Shown here in pieces: positions 40,514-50,345 of a stretch of 64,000 bases of DNA (position 1 is its first letter; the number at the start of each line of letters is the position of its first letter). Origin of the DNA: an uncultured Desulfosarcina sp. (GTDB lineage Bacteria; Desulfobacterota; Desulfobacteria; Desulfobacterales; Desulfosarcinaceae). Made by a program: the position numbers and the translations under genes. The notes under the pieces were generated by a model. The model ran no database searches. It saw nothing but the letters and a program-made list of their open reading frames with translations, and was not told the DNA's origin. Location: NCBI GenBank assembly GCA_963674945.2, contig CAXXWQ010000002.1, positions 512,001 through 576,000 of the forward strand, read 5' to 3'.

Positions 40514-41719
40514 TCACCGTAACACCTGGATGGCATCCGATACAAATTGATACCCGATGGCGTGCCCCAAGTTGGCTTCATTGTTTTCGACGATAACGAT
40601 CTTCTTGCGCAACAGTGTTTCCCTAAGCTGTTCATTCTTCGGGATGGCCTGGCGCTCTTCGCGAAACGGATTGGGTATATTTCTTCGATAATAATAAAAA
40701 AAATCTCGGTCGCCAAATAGCTTGTCGCACACGAATTCGTTTATCGTGTGCATGAAGCTGGATCCGACGATCAAGATATGCGGTTGTACACGGTCGTGGG
40801 GATACAGTGGCGCCGCCGACGGGTGGGCCGTCTTGCCGAATGTGGCTGTCATGTCGAAAACGTTCATTAACGATGCGAGGTCGCGATCGGTTCCGGTCGG
40901 CAGGGAATCGATGCGCAGCGGGTCACAAGAGATCGATCCGATGGGCATCCCCGTATCTTGCCGGATCCGGGCGACCAAATTTTCGCTGAAAAGGCAGGCT
41001 CCGTAGTGGCTCCAATGGGTTCCGCCCCGGACAAACACATCGTAGGGGGCTGTCTCCTTTTTTTGCATAAAAAATTCGTGCCCATCCAGGTAATTGACTT
41101 GATATTGGTCGAGGAGCCGCTTTGTCTGCAGATAAACGGGCGTATCCCGAAGCAAGGGTTTCTTGAGATCTTTTTTCGGAATGTACTCTCCATATATGGT
41201 CGCCTTGCTTGGCGAGACCAGATACAAAAAATAGATACCCCGATCTCTTAGAATATCCTGCAGTTGTCTCAACGCTTGAATCCTATGTTCCAATTTGATT
41301 GGATTCGCCCGTGCAGCGTTGTTCAGGCTTTTTATATACCCTTTCTCGAAAAGCCAGTTGTCGTGCCCTACAACGATGCCGTCGTTATAGGAATGACATT
41401 CCCGAAAAATGGAAAAATTAATCTGATTGTCCAGTTTGATAAAAAAACTTCGAAAACCGATTCTTTTTTTAAACCAATTTTCGAGCCGGTCCTGATAGCT
41501 GCCCGATGCCCACCGGGAATAACTAAGCAACGGGAAATCCGGGTCGTCGGCCTCGACGCCGGCCAGGGGTGTTTCGGGAATAAAATGGAAGACCATTTGA
41601 AGGGGGGGTAAAAAAAACATCAGGATCAACGGTCCTGCCAGCATGAGCCATTTCATATACTCACGACAGCACCGGGGATATTTCCATTTAAAAGGCAAGA
41701 ATTTTCGAATCATGAACAT
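40514..41719 (-). CDS. AlgX/AlgJ-like SGNH-type O-acetyltransferase
   Basis: N-terminal TM, VVGHDNWLF, PSKATIY, GTHWS, VGSSF; GAGGA upstream of ATG 41719; follows an MBOAT gene. Confidence 0.8.
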   Translation of the reverse strand: MFMIRKFLPFKWKYPRCCREYMKWLMLAGPLILMFFLPPLQMVFHFIPETPLAGVEADDPDFPLLSYSRWASGSYQDRLENWFKKRIGFRSFFIKLDNQINFSIFRECHSYNDGIVVGHDNWLFEKGYIKSLNNAARANPIKLEHRIQALRQLQDILRDRGIYFLYLVSPSKATIYGEYIPKKDLKKPLLRDTPVYLQTKRLLDQYQVNYLDGHEFFMQKKETAPYDVFVRGGTHWSHYGACLFSENLVARIRQDTGMPIGSISCDPLRIDSLPTGTDRDLASLMNVFDMTATFGKTAHPSAAPLYPHDRVQPHILIVGSSFMHTINEFVCDKLFGDRDFFYYYRRNIPNPFREERQAIPKNEQLRETLLRKKIVIVENNEANLGHAIGYQFVSDAIQVLR

Positions 41720-41736
41720 ACACAAATCCTCGAGCG

Positions 41737-43167
41737 CTAAAAACGAAAATATAAAAAAGGATGAAAGGATTCGTTGCTGAGTGTGCCGATCGACAGAATG
41801 AAAAGAGAAAAACCGGCTAGTATTTTCAACTTGAAGCGAAGATTTACGGGAATATTGTTGAGAATTTTCACATAGCCATCTGAGAAAAACCGCGAGGTCG
41901 GGAAGAAGGTGAGAAGGCAAATACACAGGATGAACACGGAGCGATTTGTCATCACGTCTACCCACATCTTGCCGGAGTCAATCAAAGGGGCATTGCCGAA
42001 AAGATATCCATAGTATTGCCATGCATCCTGAATCGATTCGCAGCGAAAGAGCACCCAGCCCATCATGACGATAAAAAAGGTCACCGCTACCCGAATCCCG
42101 CTAGGTATTTTTCTGATCTCTCTTGTGTTCAGGATGAACTTGTCGATGGTTAAAAAAAGACCGTGAAATGCACCCCAGGCGATAAAGGTATAGTTGGCGC
42201 CATGCCACAATCCGGAAACCAGAAAAACAATCCATAGATTGATGTAGCCACGAAGCGGGCCGACCCGATTCCCACCAAGGGGAATATACAGATAGGTCTT
42301 CATCCAGCGGGACAGGGATATGTGCCAGCGCTGCCAAAATTCTGTAATACTTTTAGATACATAGGGCCAGTTGAAATTTTCGAGCAGATGAAACCCCATG
42401 CTCCTGGCCAAACCGATGGCCATGTCGGAGTACGCGGAGAAATCGAAATAGATTTGAAACGTATAGCACAAGATTCCCGTCCATGCGTATAACACCGTCA
42501 TGGATCCGGCATCCAGGGCGAATATCGTGTCCGCTACTTCTCCCAGGCAATCTGCGATCAATATCTTCTTGGATAGACCGATGCAGAATCGAAAAAATCC
42601 CATGTAGACGTCCCGAAGGCAATGTTTACGTTCTGCAATCTCCTGATGGATGTCATGGTATCGAACGATGGGCCCGGCGATCAGTTGTGGGAATAAAAAA
42701 ACGAATACCAGGAAATTCAACATCGTTTTCGGAGGCGAGGCATGCCCTCGATAGACATCTACCATGTAACTGATCTTTTGAAAGGTGATGAAGGAAATTC
42801 CAAGGGGCAGGGCGATCTGGGTCCACGGAATTGGATCCATTGCAAAATGATTGAGAACTTGATTCATCTCTCCGACGAAAAAATTGGCATACTTTGCATA
42901 GGCCAGAACCATAATATTGGAGATGATGGAGAGACACAGGATTTTTTTTCCGGTTTCTTTCCGAACGTTTTTCATCTTCAGGCCAAGGAAATCGTCAAAA
43001 GCCGATGACAACAATACAATGAAGATGAAATTGGGTGCGCCCCATGCATAAAACAGAATGCTTGCCAAAAGAATCTGAAAGTTCTTTACGCGATCCGGAA
43101 CCAGAAAATAGGTCGCGAAGAAGAAGGGCAGAAAACCGAAGAGGAATATTTCGGAACTAAATACCAT
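41737..43167 (-). CDS. MBOAT family O-acyltransferase (AlgI/DltB-like)
   Basis: LPLGISFITFQ, PQLIAGPIVR, QIYFDFSAYSDMAIG, FWQRWHISLS, SGLWHGA. Confidence 0.95.
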   Translation of the reverse strand: MVFSSEIFLFGFLPFFFATYFLVPDRVKNFQILLASILFYAWGAPNFIFIVLLSSAFDDFLGLKMKNVRKETGKKILCLSIISNIMVLAYAKYANFFVGEMNQVLNHFAMDPIPWTQIALPLGISFITFQKISYMVDVYRGHASPPKTMLNFLVFVFLFPQLIAGPIVRYHDIHQEIAERKHCLRDVYMGFFRFCIGLSKKILIADCLGEVADTIFALDAGSMTVLYAWTGILCYTFQIYFDFSAYSDMAIGLARSMGFHLLENFNWPYVSKSITEFWQRWHISLSRWMKTYLYIPLGGNRVGPLRGYINLWIVFLVSGLWHGANYTFIAWGAFHGLFLTIDKFILNTREIRKIPSGIRVAVTFFIVMMGWVLFRCESIQDAWQYYGYLFGNAPLIDSGKMWVDVMTNRSVFILCICLLTFFPTSRFFSDGYVKILNNIPVNLRFKLKILAGFSLFILSIGTLSNESFHPFLYFRF

Positions 43168-43325
43168 TGGCCATATCTATTTGAATTTATATAGATATTG
43201 ATCTTTCGCTACTTGTTTTCAAACCGAATTAAGCTCATGATATCAATTGAATTTAGAGGTGATTCATACAATGAACGGAACCGTTCGTCAATACGATGAC
43301 ATCGCTCGTCAATGGCTTGTTTTTC

Positions 43326-43354
43326 TTGACAAGCGCAGTCTCTGCTCCTATAGG
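43326..43354 (+). promoter_or_regulatory. Putative sigma70 promoter
   Basis: TTGACA-17 nt-TATAGG upstream of the YchJ-family gene. Confidence 0.45.
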
Positions 43355-43469
43355 CGGTTACTGGACATAGTGATTGTTTTCCGAAATCCAGTTTTTTTAG
43401 GCGTTCATCATAGTCAGACGGACAACAGTCAAACGCTAAAAAAAAGAACATAACGGTTGGAGTTACCCC

Positions 43470-43958
43470 ATGAAAGATTGCCCCTGTGGAAGCAAAAAAG
43501 AGTATGCGGTCTGTTGTGAACCGCTGATTGCCGGTGAGAAGACCGCCGATACCGCCGAAGCGCTCATGCGCTCTCGATACAGCGCCCATGCAAAAAAGAT
43601 GTTCGATTATATTTATGATACCACGCACCCCGATACCCGCAAGGAGAGTGATCGGTCGGAGACGGCATCATGGTCCCGGAAATTGGACTGGCAGCAGCTT
43701 GAAATTCGAGACGTGAAAGGCGGAGGACCCGAAGATACCACCGGCCATGTGGAGTTCGTGGCCCGTTACCGGAAAAACGGCAGGGCCTTCGACCACCATG
43801 AGATCGCCGAGTTCGAACGTCAGGACGGCCGCTGGTACTTCAAGGATGGCAAGGCGCCCAAACACGTTCAGGTGGTGCGCCAGGGGCCGAAGATCGGAAG
43901 AAACGATCCGTGTACCTGCGGAAGCGGAAAGAAATACAAGAAGTGCTGCGGGGCTTGA
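43470..43958 (+). CDS. YchJ family SEC-C motif protein
   Basis: CPCGS...[39 protein letters not shown]. Confidence 0.93.
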   Translation: MKDCPCGSKKEYAVCCEPLIAGEKTADTAEALMRSRYSAHAKKMFDYIYDTTHPDTRKESDRSETASWSRKLDWQQLEIRDVKGGGPEDTTGHVEFVARYRKNGRAFDHHEIAEFERQDGRWYFKDGKAPKHVQVVRQGPKIGRNDPCTCGSGKKYKKCCGA

Positions 43959-44226
43959 CCCTTTTCAAAAACACTCGTTGGTTAATACTTTGCTTTCGCA
44001 CATCGGTTGCCGCGAGCAGAATATTCGATGACGCCTTGCGAACTCGCCCTTACGGATGCCGGACATCAGCGCAGTCTAAAACGCTTTCGGGTAAAATGTA
44101 ATTATTACGCCGATACACGTTATCGGGTGCTGATGATCGGCCTCCTCAGTGGCTTAAGACAGCGAAAAACGTCATACATCATCCTGTTCGCGCCATTTGG
44201 GTTGAATTCCGGACGTTGCGTCAAAA

Positions 44227-44338
44227 GATTTTTTATAAGAAGCTGTTCCCATCGTAACCATCGGCAAATTATTTGATGAATGCGTTTTTTTCGTAATTCT
44301 GTTTGGCTATATTTGATAAAGAAAAGCTTTTTAGGAGG
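44227..44338 (+). repeat. Family B element, degenerate copy
   Basis: TATAAGAAGCTGTTCCCAT...TGTTTGGCTATATTTG...GAAAAGCTTTTTAG aligns with 3700-3808. Confidence 0.65.
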
Positions 44339-44340
44339 AA

Positions 44341-44868
44341 ATGATGTTCATCGATCTGCTACGAAACAGGCGAAGCGTGCGACAATTCGAAAAACGCCCC
44401 GTCGAACCGGAGAAGGTGGACCTTATCGTGGAAGCGGTGCTGCGTTCTCCATCCTCCCGCGGATTCAATCCGTGGGAGTTTATCGTGGTGACGGAACCGG
44501 ACATCATCGGCCGACTGGCAAAGGCAAAACCCCATGGCGCGGCTTTTCTGGCTGGTGCACCGCTGGCCGTAGCGGTTTGTCCGCAACCCGAAAAGTCGGA
44601 CGTGTGGGTGGAAGACGTCTCCATTGCCACCCTTATCCTGCATCTGGTCGCCGCAGACGTGGGGTTGGGAAGTTGCTGGATCCAGCTTAGAAAGCGCGAC
44701 CACGATGGGACGCAAACCGCCGGCGAGTATGCGGCCCGGGTCCTTGCCATGCCCGAAGGGCGGTCAGTCTCCGCCATCGTGGCCATGGGATATGCGGTCA
44801 AACAGCCGGCGCCTCATCCAAAGAGCTCTCTTTCCTTTGAGAAAGTCAGCTACAATCAGTATGGATGA
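44341..44868 (+). CDS. Nitroreductase family protein
   Basis: RRSVRQF, SPSSRGFNPWEFIVV, GLGSCWIQ, AMGY. Confidence 0.93.
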   Translation: MMFIDLLRNRRSVRQFEKRPVEPEKVDLIVEAVLRSPSSRGFNPWEFIVVTEPDIIGRLAKAKPHGAAFLAGAPLAVAVCPQPEKSDVWVEDVSIATLILHLVAADVGLGSCWIQLRKRDHDGTQTAGEYAARVLAMPEGRSVSAIVAMGYAVKQPAPHPKSSLSFEKVSYNQYG

Positions 44869-44871
44869 ACA

Positions 44872-45978
44872 CTAACGGCTTTTCCGGTCCAAATATTCCA
44901 ACAAGTCGGCCATCGCCTCGGTGGGCTCTTTTTGGGATAGGGCACGACGGATGTCGATGGCCTGGGCAAGTTCTTCGTCGTCCATCAGCAGTTCCTCTTT
45001 TCGGGTACCACTCTGTCGGATATCGATGGCGGGAAAGACGCGGTGTTCAGCACAATCGCGGCTTAAGACCAGGTCCATGTTTCCCGTTCCCTTGAATTCC
45101 TGGTAGATGATGTCATCCATCCGGCTGCCGGTTTCCACGAGAATGGTGGCGATAATGGTAAGCGAGCCCCCATTTTCGATGTTTCGGGCGGCACCGAAGA
45201 TTTTTCGGGGGAATTCCATGGCATTGGCCCCCAGTCCTCCGGAAAGGGTTCGGCCGTAGCTTTCCGTTTCGACATTAAAGGCCCGTGCCATTCGGGTAAG
45301 GGAGTCGATGAAGACCACCGTATCCCGTCCGGACTCGGCGCGTCGCATCGCGGTATGAACGGCAAGGCGCGTCATGCGCATGTGGTGGCTGATGGCCTGG
45401 TCTGCGGAAGAGTAGAGCACATGGGCCTTTTTCAGTCCCCGTTTGAAATCGGTCACCTCTTCCGGCCGCTCGCTGACCAGTAAGACGAATACTTCCATCT
45501 CGGGGTCGTTGATGATCACGGAGTTGGCCATGTGACGCAAGAGCGTGGTCTTCCCCGATTTGGGCGGCGAGATGATCAGCCCCCGCTGCCCGCGTCCCAT
45601 GGGAACGATCAGATCCAAAGCCCGGCCGGTGAGATCATCGTGGCCCTGGGTCATGCGAAGACGTCTTTCGGGGTTGATGCTGGTCATCGTATGCATCGTT
45701 TCGGTCTGGGCATACTCCCGCAAGGAAAGGTGGTTGACCCGGTCCAATGCCGCCAGCTTCAGATTTTGGTTGCCAGGGTTGCCCGGCCCCCCCCGCCCTT
45801 CGATGAAAGATCCTTCCCGCAGGCCGAATTTCGTGATCATGAATGCCGGGACGAAAGTGTCCAACGGTCCGGCCTGGTAGTTGTTTTCAATGTCTCTAAG
45901 AAAGCCGAAACCCTTGTCCAGTATTTCAAGGTGTCCGCTTACCCGTTTGGTCGGTTGCGTTTTGGTGTTTTTTTCCAT
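44872..45978 (-). CDS. rho: Transcription termination factor Rho (short, probable paralog)
   Basis: [62 protein letters not shown]. Confidence 0.9.
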   Translation of the reverse strand: MEKNTKTQPTKRVSGHLEILDKGFGFLRDIENNYQAGPLDTFVPAFMITKFGLREGSFIEGRGGPGNPGNQNLKLAALDRVNHLSLREYAQTETMHTMTSINPERRLRMTQGHDDLTGRALDLIVPMGRGQRGLIISPPKSGKTTLLRHMANSVIINDPEMEVFVLLVSERPEEVTDFKRGLKKAHVLYSSADQAISHHMRMTRLAVHTAMRRAESGRDTVVFIDSLTRMARAFNVETESYGRTLSGGLGANAMEFPRKIFGAARNIENGGSLTIIATILVETGSRMDDIIYQEFKGTGNMDLVLSRDCAEHRVFPAIDIRQSGTRKEELLMDDEELAQAIDIRRALSQKEPTEAMADLLEYLDRKSR

Positions 45979-46348
45979 TTTCTATTTGCTGGCAAATCGG
46001 GAGGGTGGTATCCATAATCCATCAGTACGACGGCACGAAAGTTACGATAGGGTCGTTCCCGTCACTTTTATCTCAGACGTTTACGCTGATGTACTTAAAA
46101 AGTAGCGCCTGGTACAAAATTGAGACAAAATGGTTTTTTTGGATGGGCGATGGCTATGGACAATCAATGTCAAGAAGATGTACCTGAACCGTTTTTCCCG
46201 GTCTTTGTTTCGTATATGCCTGATTTCTTTCGTTTGATGAATTATTATGTTTTATGCGACATCGGCCGCAAGCAAGTACAATCCAAACCCCACAAAACCT
46301 ATAATAAAACACAGACGATCTTCTGACAACCTTTACGAGGAAAAAACC

Positions 46349-46894
46349 ATGGGCGATATAAATCGATTCGATCCTTTTTCCAGCCGCCTTTGCCGAAACG
46401 TACGCAATGCCCTTTCCGAAGGTTTCAAGGAGGCGCTGGTCAAAAAAGACCTTTCACCCGTAAATCGCGTTGCCGCACTTTTTTTAGAAGACGCCCCGCC
46501 GTTTTGCGTGAATGCCTATATCGACGATCGTGTAAGGGCGTACGAAAACGTATTGTCCCTTACGCCATCTTCTTCCAATCCGCTGGTTCTTGCCCTGATT
46601 ATTTGGGATCATGGTCTTTTTTTCGAGACCCATGAGTATTTGGAGCAGTACTGGATGAGGGCGGATGGCGACGAAAAAAAGCTATTACAGGCATTGATCC
46701 GTGCAGCCGGTGCCTACGTTCACCTAACTGCGGGCAACCTTACCGCCGCCCGGAAAATTGCAGACAAGGCAATTTTCGGACTGAAGATGCACACGTCGCT
46801 GCTCGCTTCCGTTACGGATCCGGATCTGTTGATAGACAAACTCATAGATCTTGATCCCGTTGCGCCGGTACTCTCAAAGACCCACTCCGGATAA
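46349..46894 (+). CDS. DUF309 domain protein
   Basis: FFETHEYLEQYW...LQALIRAAGAYVH; ATG 46349 after GAGG. Confidence 0.85.
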   Translation: MGDINRFDPFSSRLCRNVRNALSEGFKEALVKKDLSPVNRVAALFLEDAPPFCVNAYIDDRVRAYENVLSLTPSSSNPLVLALIIWDHGLFFETHEYLEQYWMRADGDEKKLLQALIRAAGAYVHLTAGNLTAARKIADKAIFGLKMHTSLLASVTDPDLLIDKLIDLDPVAPVLSKTHSG

Positions 46895-46898
46895 GATC

Positions 46899-47366
46899 TT
46901 ATCTTCTCGCCTTTCCGACCAGCTCTTCGATGGCGATTTTTACCACTGCGGTCTTTTCCATCAGTTTGCCGATGTAGGCCTCTCCCGCAGCCATATGATC
47001 CGGCGCATACTTGGCGATGAGTGCGCAAAGGGCATTTTTCTTCAACACCTGATCTTCGATGACCTCCGCTGCTCCGGTTACCACCACGCTTTCATACCGC
47101 GTGGAAAACTTGTCGGGAATCAGCTCCGTCTTTCCCACGACGCAGAAGGAGACATCCTGGTTGGCGGCGATATTTTTCAATTTGTGGCCTTCGGTGGCAC
47201 AGTGAAAAAAAATCGTTTCATCCATCACCACGTAGTTTAAGGGAATGCCGTATGGCCGATTTTTTTCGTCCGACGTCGACAAGATACCGTACTCCCCTCT
47301 TTTTAAAAGCGCCATGGCGGCGGTTTCATCGAGTTTCCTGTCGTCGCGTCTCAATTGTTTTGTCAT
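46899..47366 (-). CDS. Pyridoxamine 5'-phosphate oxidase-like (NimA-like) protein
   Basis: RRDDR, PYGIPLNY, FHCATEGHK, VSFCVV, YESVVVTG. Confidence 0.9.
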   Translation of the reverse strand: MTKQLRRDDRKLDETAAMALLKRGEYGILSTSDEKNRPYGIPLNYVVMDETIFFHCATEGHKLKNIAANQDVSFCVVGKTELIPDKFSTRYESVVVTGAAEVIEDQVLKKNALCALIAKYAPDHMAAGEAYIGKLMEKTAVVKIAIEELVGKARR

Positions 47367-47534
47367 GGGGCCTCCCTCTGGAGTACTTTGCGGCCTTTGT
47401 TATCTTTGGTTTTCCCAAGTACCCCCATACCCGGTTTTTTCTACCATTGCAATGGACGGCGGCTTTTATCGTTGGGGCCAATGGCCCCTCCTTGTGTCTT
47501 GTCAATGAAACGGTATTTGATTATGCTTTCAGCC

Positions 47535-47879
47535 ATGATTGAATCCACCACATTCGGAGCCATGACCATCGACGGCAAATCCTATTCCACCGATCTGATC
47601 ATCTTTCCCGATGGACATGTGAAAGATGGATGGTGGCGAAAAAGTGGTCATCTGTTGCTACCGGATGACATTCTTCCCCTCGTCGGTACCGAACCGGACC
47701 TGATCGTGATCGGAACGGGCATCCATGGACGCATGCGACTGGATGCCCGTCTCACGCCATTTCTTAAACAACGGGGGATTCGCCTGGTTTCCGCACCAAA
47801 TTCCGAAGCCGTCGCTGCTTACAATGAGGAGCAAGGAAAAGGGATTCGACTCGGAGCTGGTTTTCATCTTACTTGCTAA
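47535..47879 (+). CDS. Mth938-like domain protein
   Basis: FGAMTIDGKSY, WWRKSGH, IVIGTG, terminal FHLTC. Confidence 0.88.
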   Translation: MIESTTFGAMTIDGKSYSTDLIIFPDGHVKDGWWRKSGHLLLPDDILPLVGTEPDLIVIGTGIHGRMRLDARLTPFLKQRGIRLVSAPNSEAVAAYNEEQGKGIRLGAGFHLTC

Positions 47880-47905
47880 GCGTCATAACAGGAGACGATT
47901 TCGTT

Positions 47906-47934
47906 TGACAGGTGTTTGTGGCCATCTTAGCATG
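47906..47934 (+). promoter_or_regulatory. Putative sigma70 promoter
   Basis: TTGACA-17 nt-TAGCAT about 200 nt upstream of the GAF gene. Confidence 0.45.
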
Positions 47935-48135
47935 AAAAATGAAGTGCCAATCATGGTTTTCCCCAAGTGCCGCAATTCATTCGGCTGATTGCCGATGCGC
48001 ATGCGAAGCCGCGCCACCGGCCGCGCTCCAATCGTTATTGATGCAACGCCCACTGTCCCAATCGACCAACCTGCCTTTCCCACATATTGAATCGCGGCTG
48101 CTCGATAACCCTTTTTATTTTGAAAGGAGGGTCTC

Positions 48136-48711
48136 ATGGCATCTGAAAACAGGATTACCATCGACATTTTCAAGGCCGTTACCCAGTCCATCGCCCACAG
48201 CGAGGACCTGGACGTGATGGCCAACCACCTGGCCCAGCTGTTGACCACCGGGTTGGACATCAAAGGTTGCGCCATTTTCGTACTCAACGCCATCACCGAG
48301 GAATTGGAAATATTGGCCAGCTTCGGTCTTTCCGCCAAGTACCTAACCAAGGGGCCGCTGCACGCTCCGAAAAGCATTAATGAAACCTTTCAGGGAAATC
48401 CGGTGGTGATTTCGGACATCAGCAAGAAAAATGCGAGTCTGCAGTATCCGGAGGAGGCGCGCAAGGAAGGAATCGCCGCAATCGTATCACTTCCCATCAT
48501 CCATCTCGAAGAGGTGGTCGGCGTTCTCCGGCTCTATCATTACGAGCCATGGAAGGTCCCGGATCAGGATTTGGATTCCCTCCAGATTCTGTCAGGGATC
48601 ATCGGCCTTGCCATGACCTATACCAGATTCCACAATACCGTGCATGCCATCGCCGAGGTGCTGGGACACACCTTCCAGGTGAAGCTGACGCCCAAGTTGG
48701 GAACGAGATAG
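48136..48711 (+). CDS. Stand-alone GAF domain protein
   Basis: ASFGLSAKYLTKGP, LQYPEEARKEGI, SLPI...VGVLRLY; AAGGAGG RBS. Confidence 0.88.
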   Translation: MASENRITIDIFKAVTQSIAHSEDLDVMANHLAQLLTTGLDIKGCAIFVLNAITEELEILASFGLSAKYLTKGPLHAPKSINETFQGNPVVISDISKKNASLQYPEEARKEGIAAIVSLPIIHLEEVVGVLRLYHYEPWKVPDQDLDSLQILSGIIGLAMTYTRFHNTVHAIAEVLGHTFQVKLTPKLGTR

Positions 48712-48713
48712 TT

Positions 48714-48856
48714 CGTGGTCATCCAGAAATGGCCAATTTGCTCGATATCGGCGTTGCGCGAAAAATTTTATCCTCGGAATATCAACGATATACCTGTGGT
48801 AAAATTTTTCGTGCGCCTTGATCTCGACCAAATTTTCCTATTTCTGGACGACCACT
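48714..48856 (+). repeat. Family A element copy
   Basis: Near-identical to 1079-1221; starts 2 nt after the GAF gene stop. Confidence 0.9.
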
Positions 48857-49004
48857 AGTAAGGCACAGATGCGGCCACCCTACCCGCCTTGCCGGCGGTC
48901 GTTGACTTTTTTCTATCCTTCGGGCAAAAGACTGCCATAGACGAAGCATATGGTTCAATTTAGGAAAACAGCGATGGTATCGAAATACCTTCGGAAAGGT
49001 GCAC

Positions 49005-49997
49005 ATGGTTGAATCCAGGACGGTTCGTGCCCTTGGACTTTGTTCCGGTGGATTGGACAGCATATTGAGCGCCCTGATTCTCAAAAATCAGGGAATCGAG
49101 GTGAGCTGGGTCACATTCGAGACGCCTTTCTTCTCGTCGGCCAAGGCCCGAAAGGCATCGGCGCAGATCGGTGTGCCGCTGACCGTACGAAACATCACTG
49201 AAACATATCTGAAGATGATGCGTGCTCCCGGGGTAACGTTCGGTAAGAACATGAATCCGTGCATGGAGTGCCATACGTTGATGTTCCGTTTGGCCGGCGA
49301 GATGATGACCGCCAAAGGGTACGATTTTTTATTTTCCGGTGAAGTATTGGGGCAGCGCCCCATGAGTCAGAACAAATCCTCCCTTCGGTACGTGGAAAAA
49401 CACTCGGGCCATGATGGGTACATCGTCCGGCCCCTGTCCGCCAGGAATCTTCCCGAGACCACAGTCGAACGCCAAGGACTGGTGGACCGAAATCGCCTGT
49501 TGGATATTTCGGGTCGATCCCGAAAAGTACAGATGGACCTGGCCAGGGGATTTGGTGTGACCGATTACCCTGCACCTGCCGGCGGTTGTCTCCTGACGGA
49601 CAAAAATTTCAGCCGTCGCCTCAAAGACCTGTTTGACCACCAGAAAACCTGTTCCGAAAAGGACCTTGAATTGCTGAAGTCCGGCCGTCATCTGCGTTTG
49701 GACGCGTCGACCAAACTCGTGGTGGGGCGAACACACAACGATAACGAGCAGATCGGCAGGTGGTTCGATCCCGAATCGGATTTGGTTTTCAAGGTGGATC
49801 AACATCCCGGTCCACTGGTTGTGATGCCCAATGGTGGCGGCGAGCCCATGGTCATGCTGGCGGCCAGCATTTGTGCCGGGTACTCCAAGGCACCCGATAA
49901 CATGCCGGTCATGGTCAACGTACACGCTGGCGGTTTCCGGCGGCAGGTCACCGTGCTGGGCATTCCGCCCAAAGAGTGTAAAAAGTTTATGATTTAG
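49005..49997 (+). CDS. PP-loop tRNA sulfurtransferase-like protein (ThiI/MnmA-related)
   Basis: SGGLDS, NPCMECH, GEVLGQRPMSQ, RPLSA, PAGGCLLT. Confidence 0.85.
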   Translation: MVESRTVRALGLCSGGLDSILSALILKNQGIEVSWVTFETPFFSSAKARKASAQIGVPLTVRNITETYLKMMRAPGVTFGKNMNPCMECHTLMFRLAGEMMTAKGYDFLFSGEVLGQRPMSQNKSSLRYVEKHSGHDGYIVRPLSARNLPETTVERQGLVDRNRLLDISGRSRKVQMDLARGFGVTDYPAPAGGCLLTDKNFSRRLKDLFDHQKTCSEKDLELLKSGRHLRLDASTKLVVGRTHNDNEQIGRWFDPESDLVFKVDQHPGPLVVMPNGGGEPMVMLAASICAGYSKAPDNMPVMVNVHAGGFRRQVTVLGIPPKECKKFMI

Positions 49998-50042
49998 AGG
50001 CTTCTTTACTATAGAAGTTCTATCACTCTTGGCCAATTCAGA

Positions 50043-50345
50043 AGATAAATGGTTTTGCCGTAGGATTGTTAAAAGAATCCAGGAGTCAGAATTCAGAATC
50101 CAGCGCCGCCGCTGACCTTTGGTCGGTTTGAACGATAATTGAAACTATGCCATTTTGGCGTAGTTTCATACGAGAATCAGGTATTCGCCTTCGGCTCGGT
50201 CCATTTTATCCAATCGACGGAGCGAAGCGATATCAACTTCATTCTGAATCCTGAATACTGGCTTCTGACTCCTGTGGTTTCCCGCGATCGCAGGCTTCCC
50301 TTCAAGGGTAAACCAATGCAAGGTTTCCTGAACCCGGATTTTTAC
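50043..50345 (+). repeat. Family C composite repeat, copy 3, with a nested 71-bp insertion
   Basis: Aligns with the 32900 copy except for extra sequence at 50104-50174. Confidence 0.85.
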
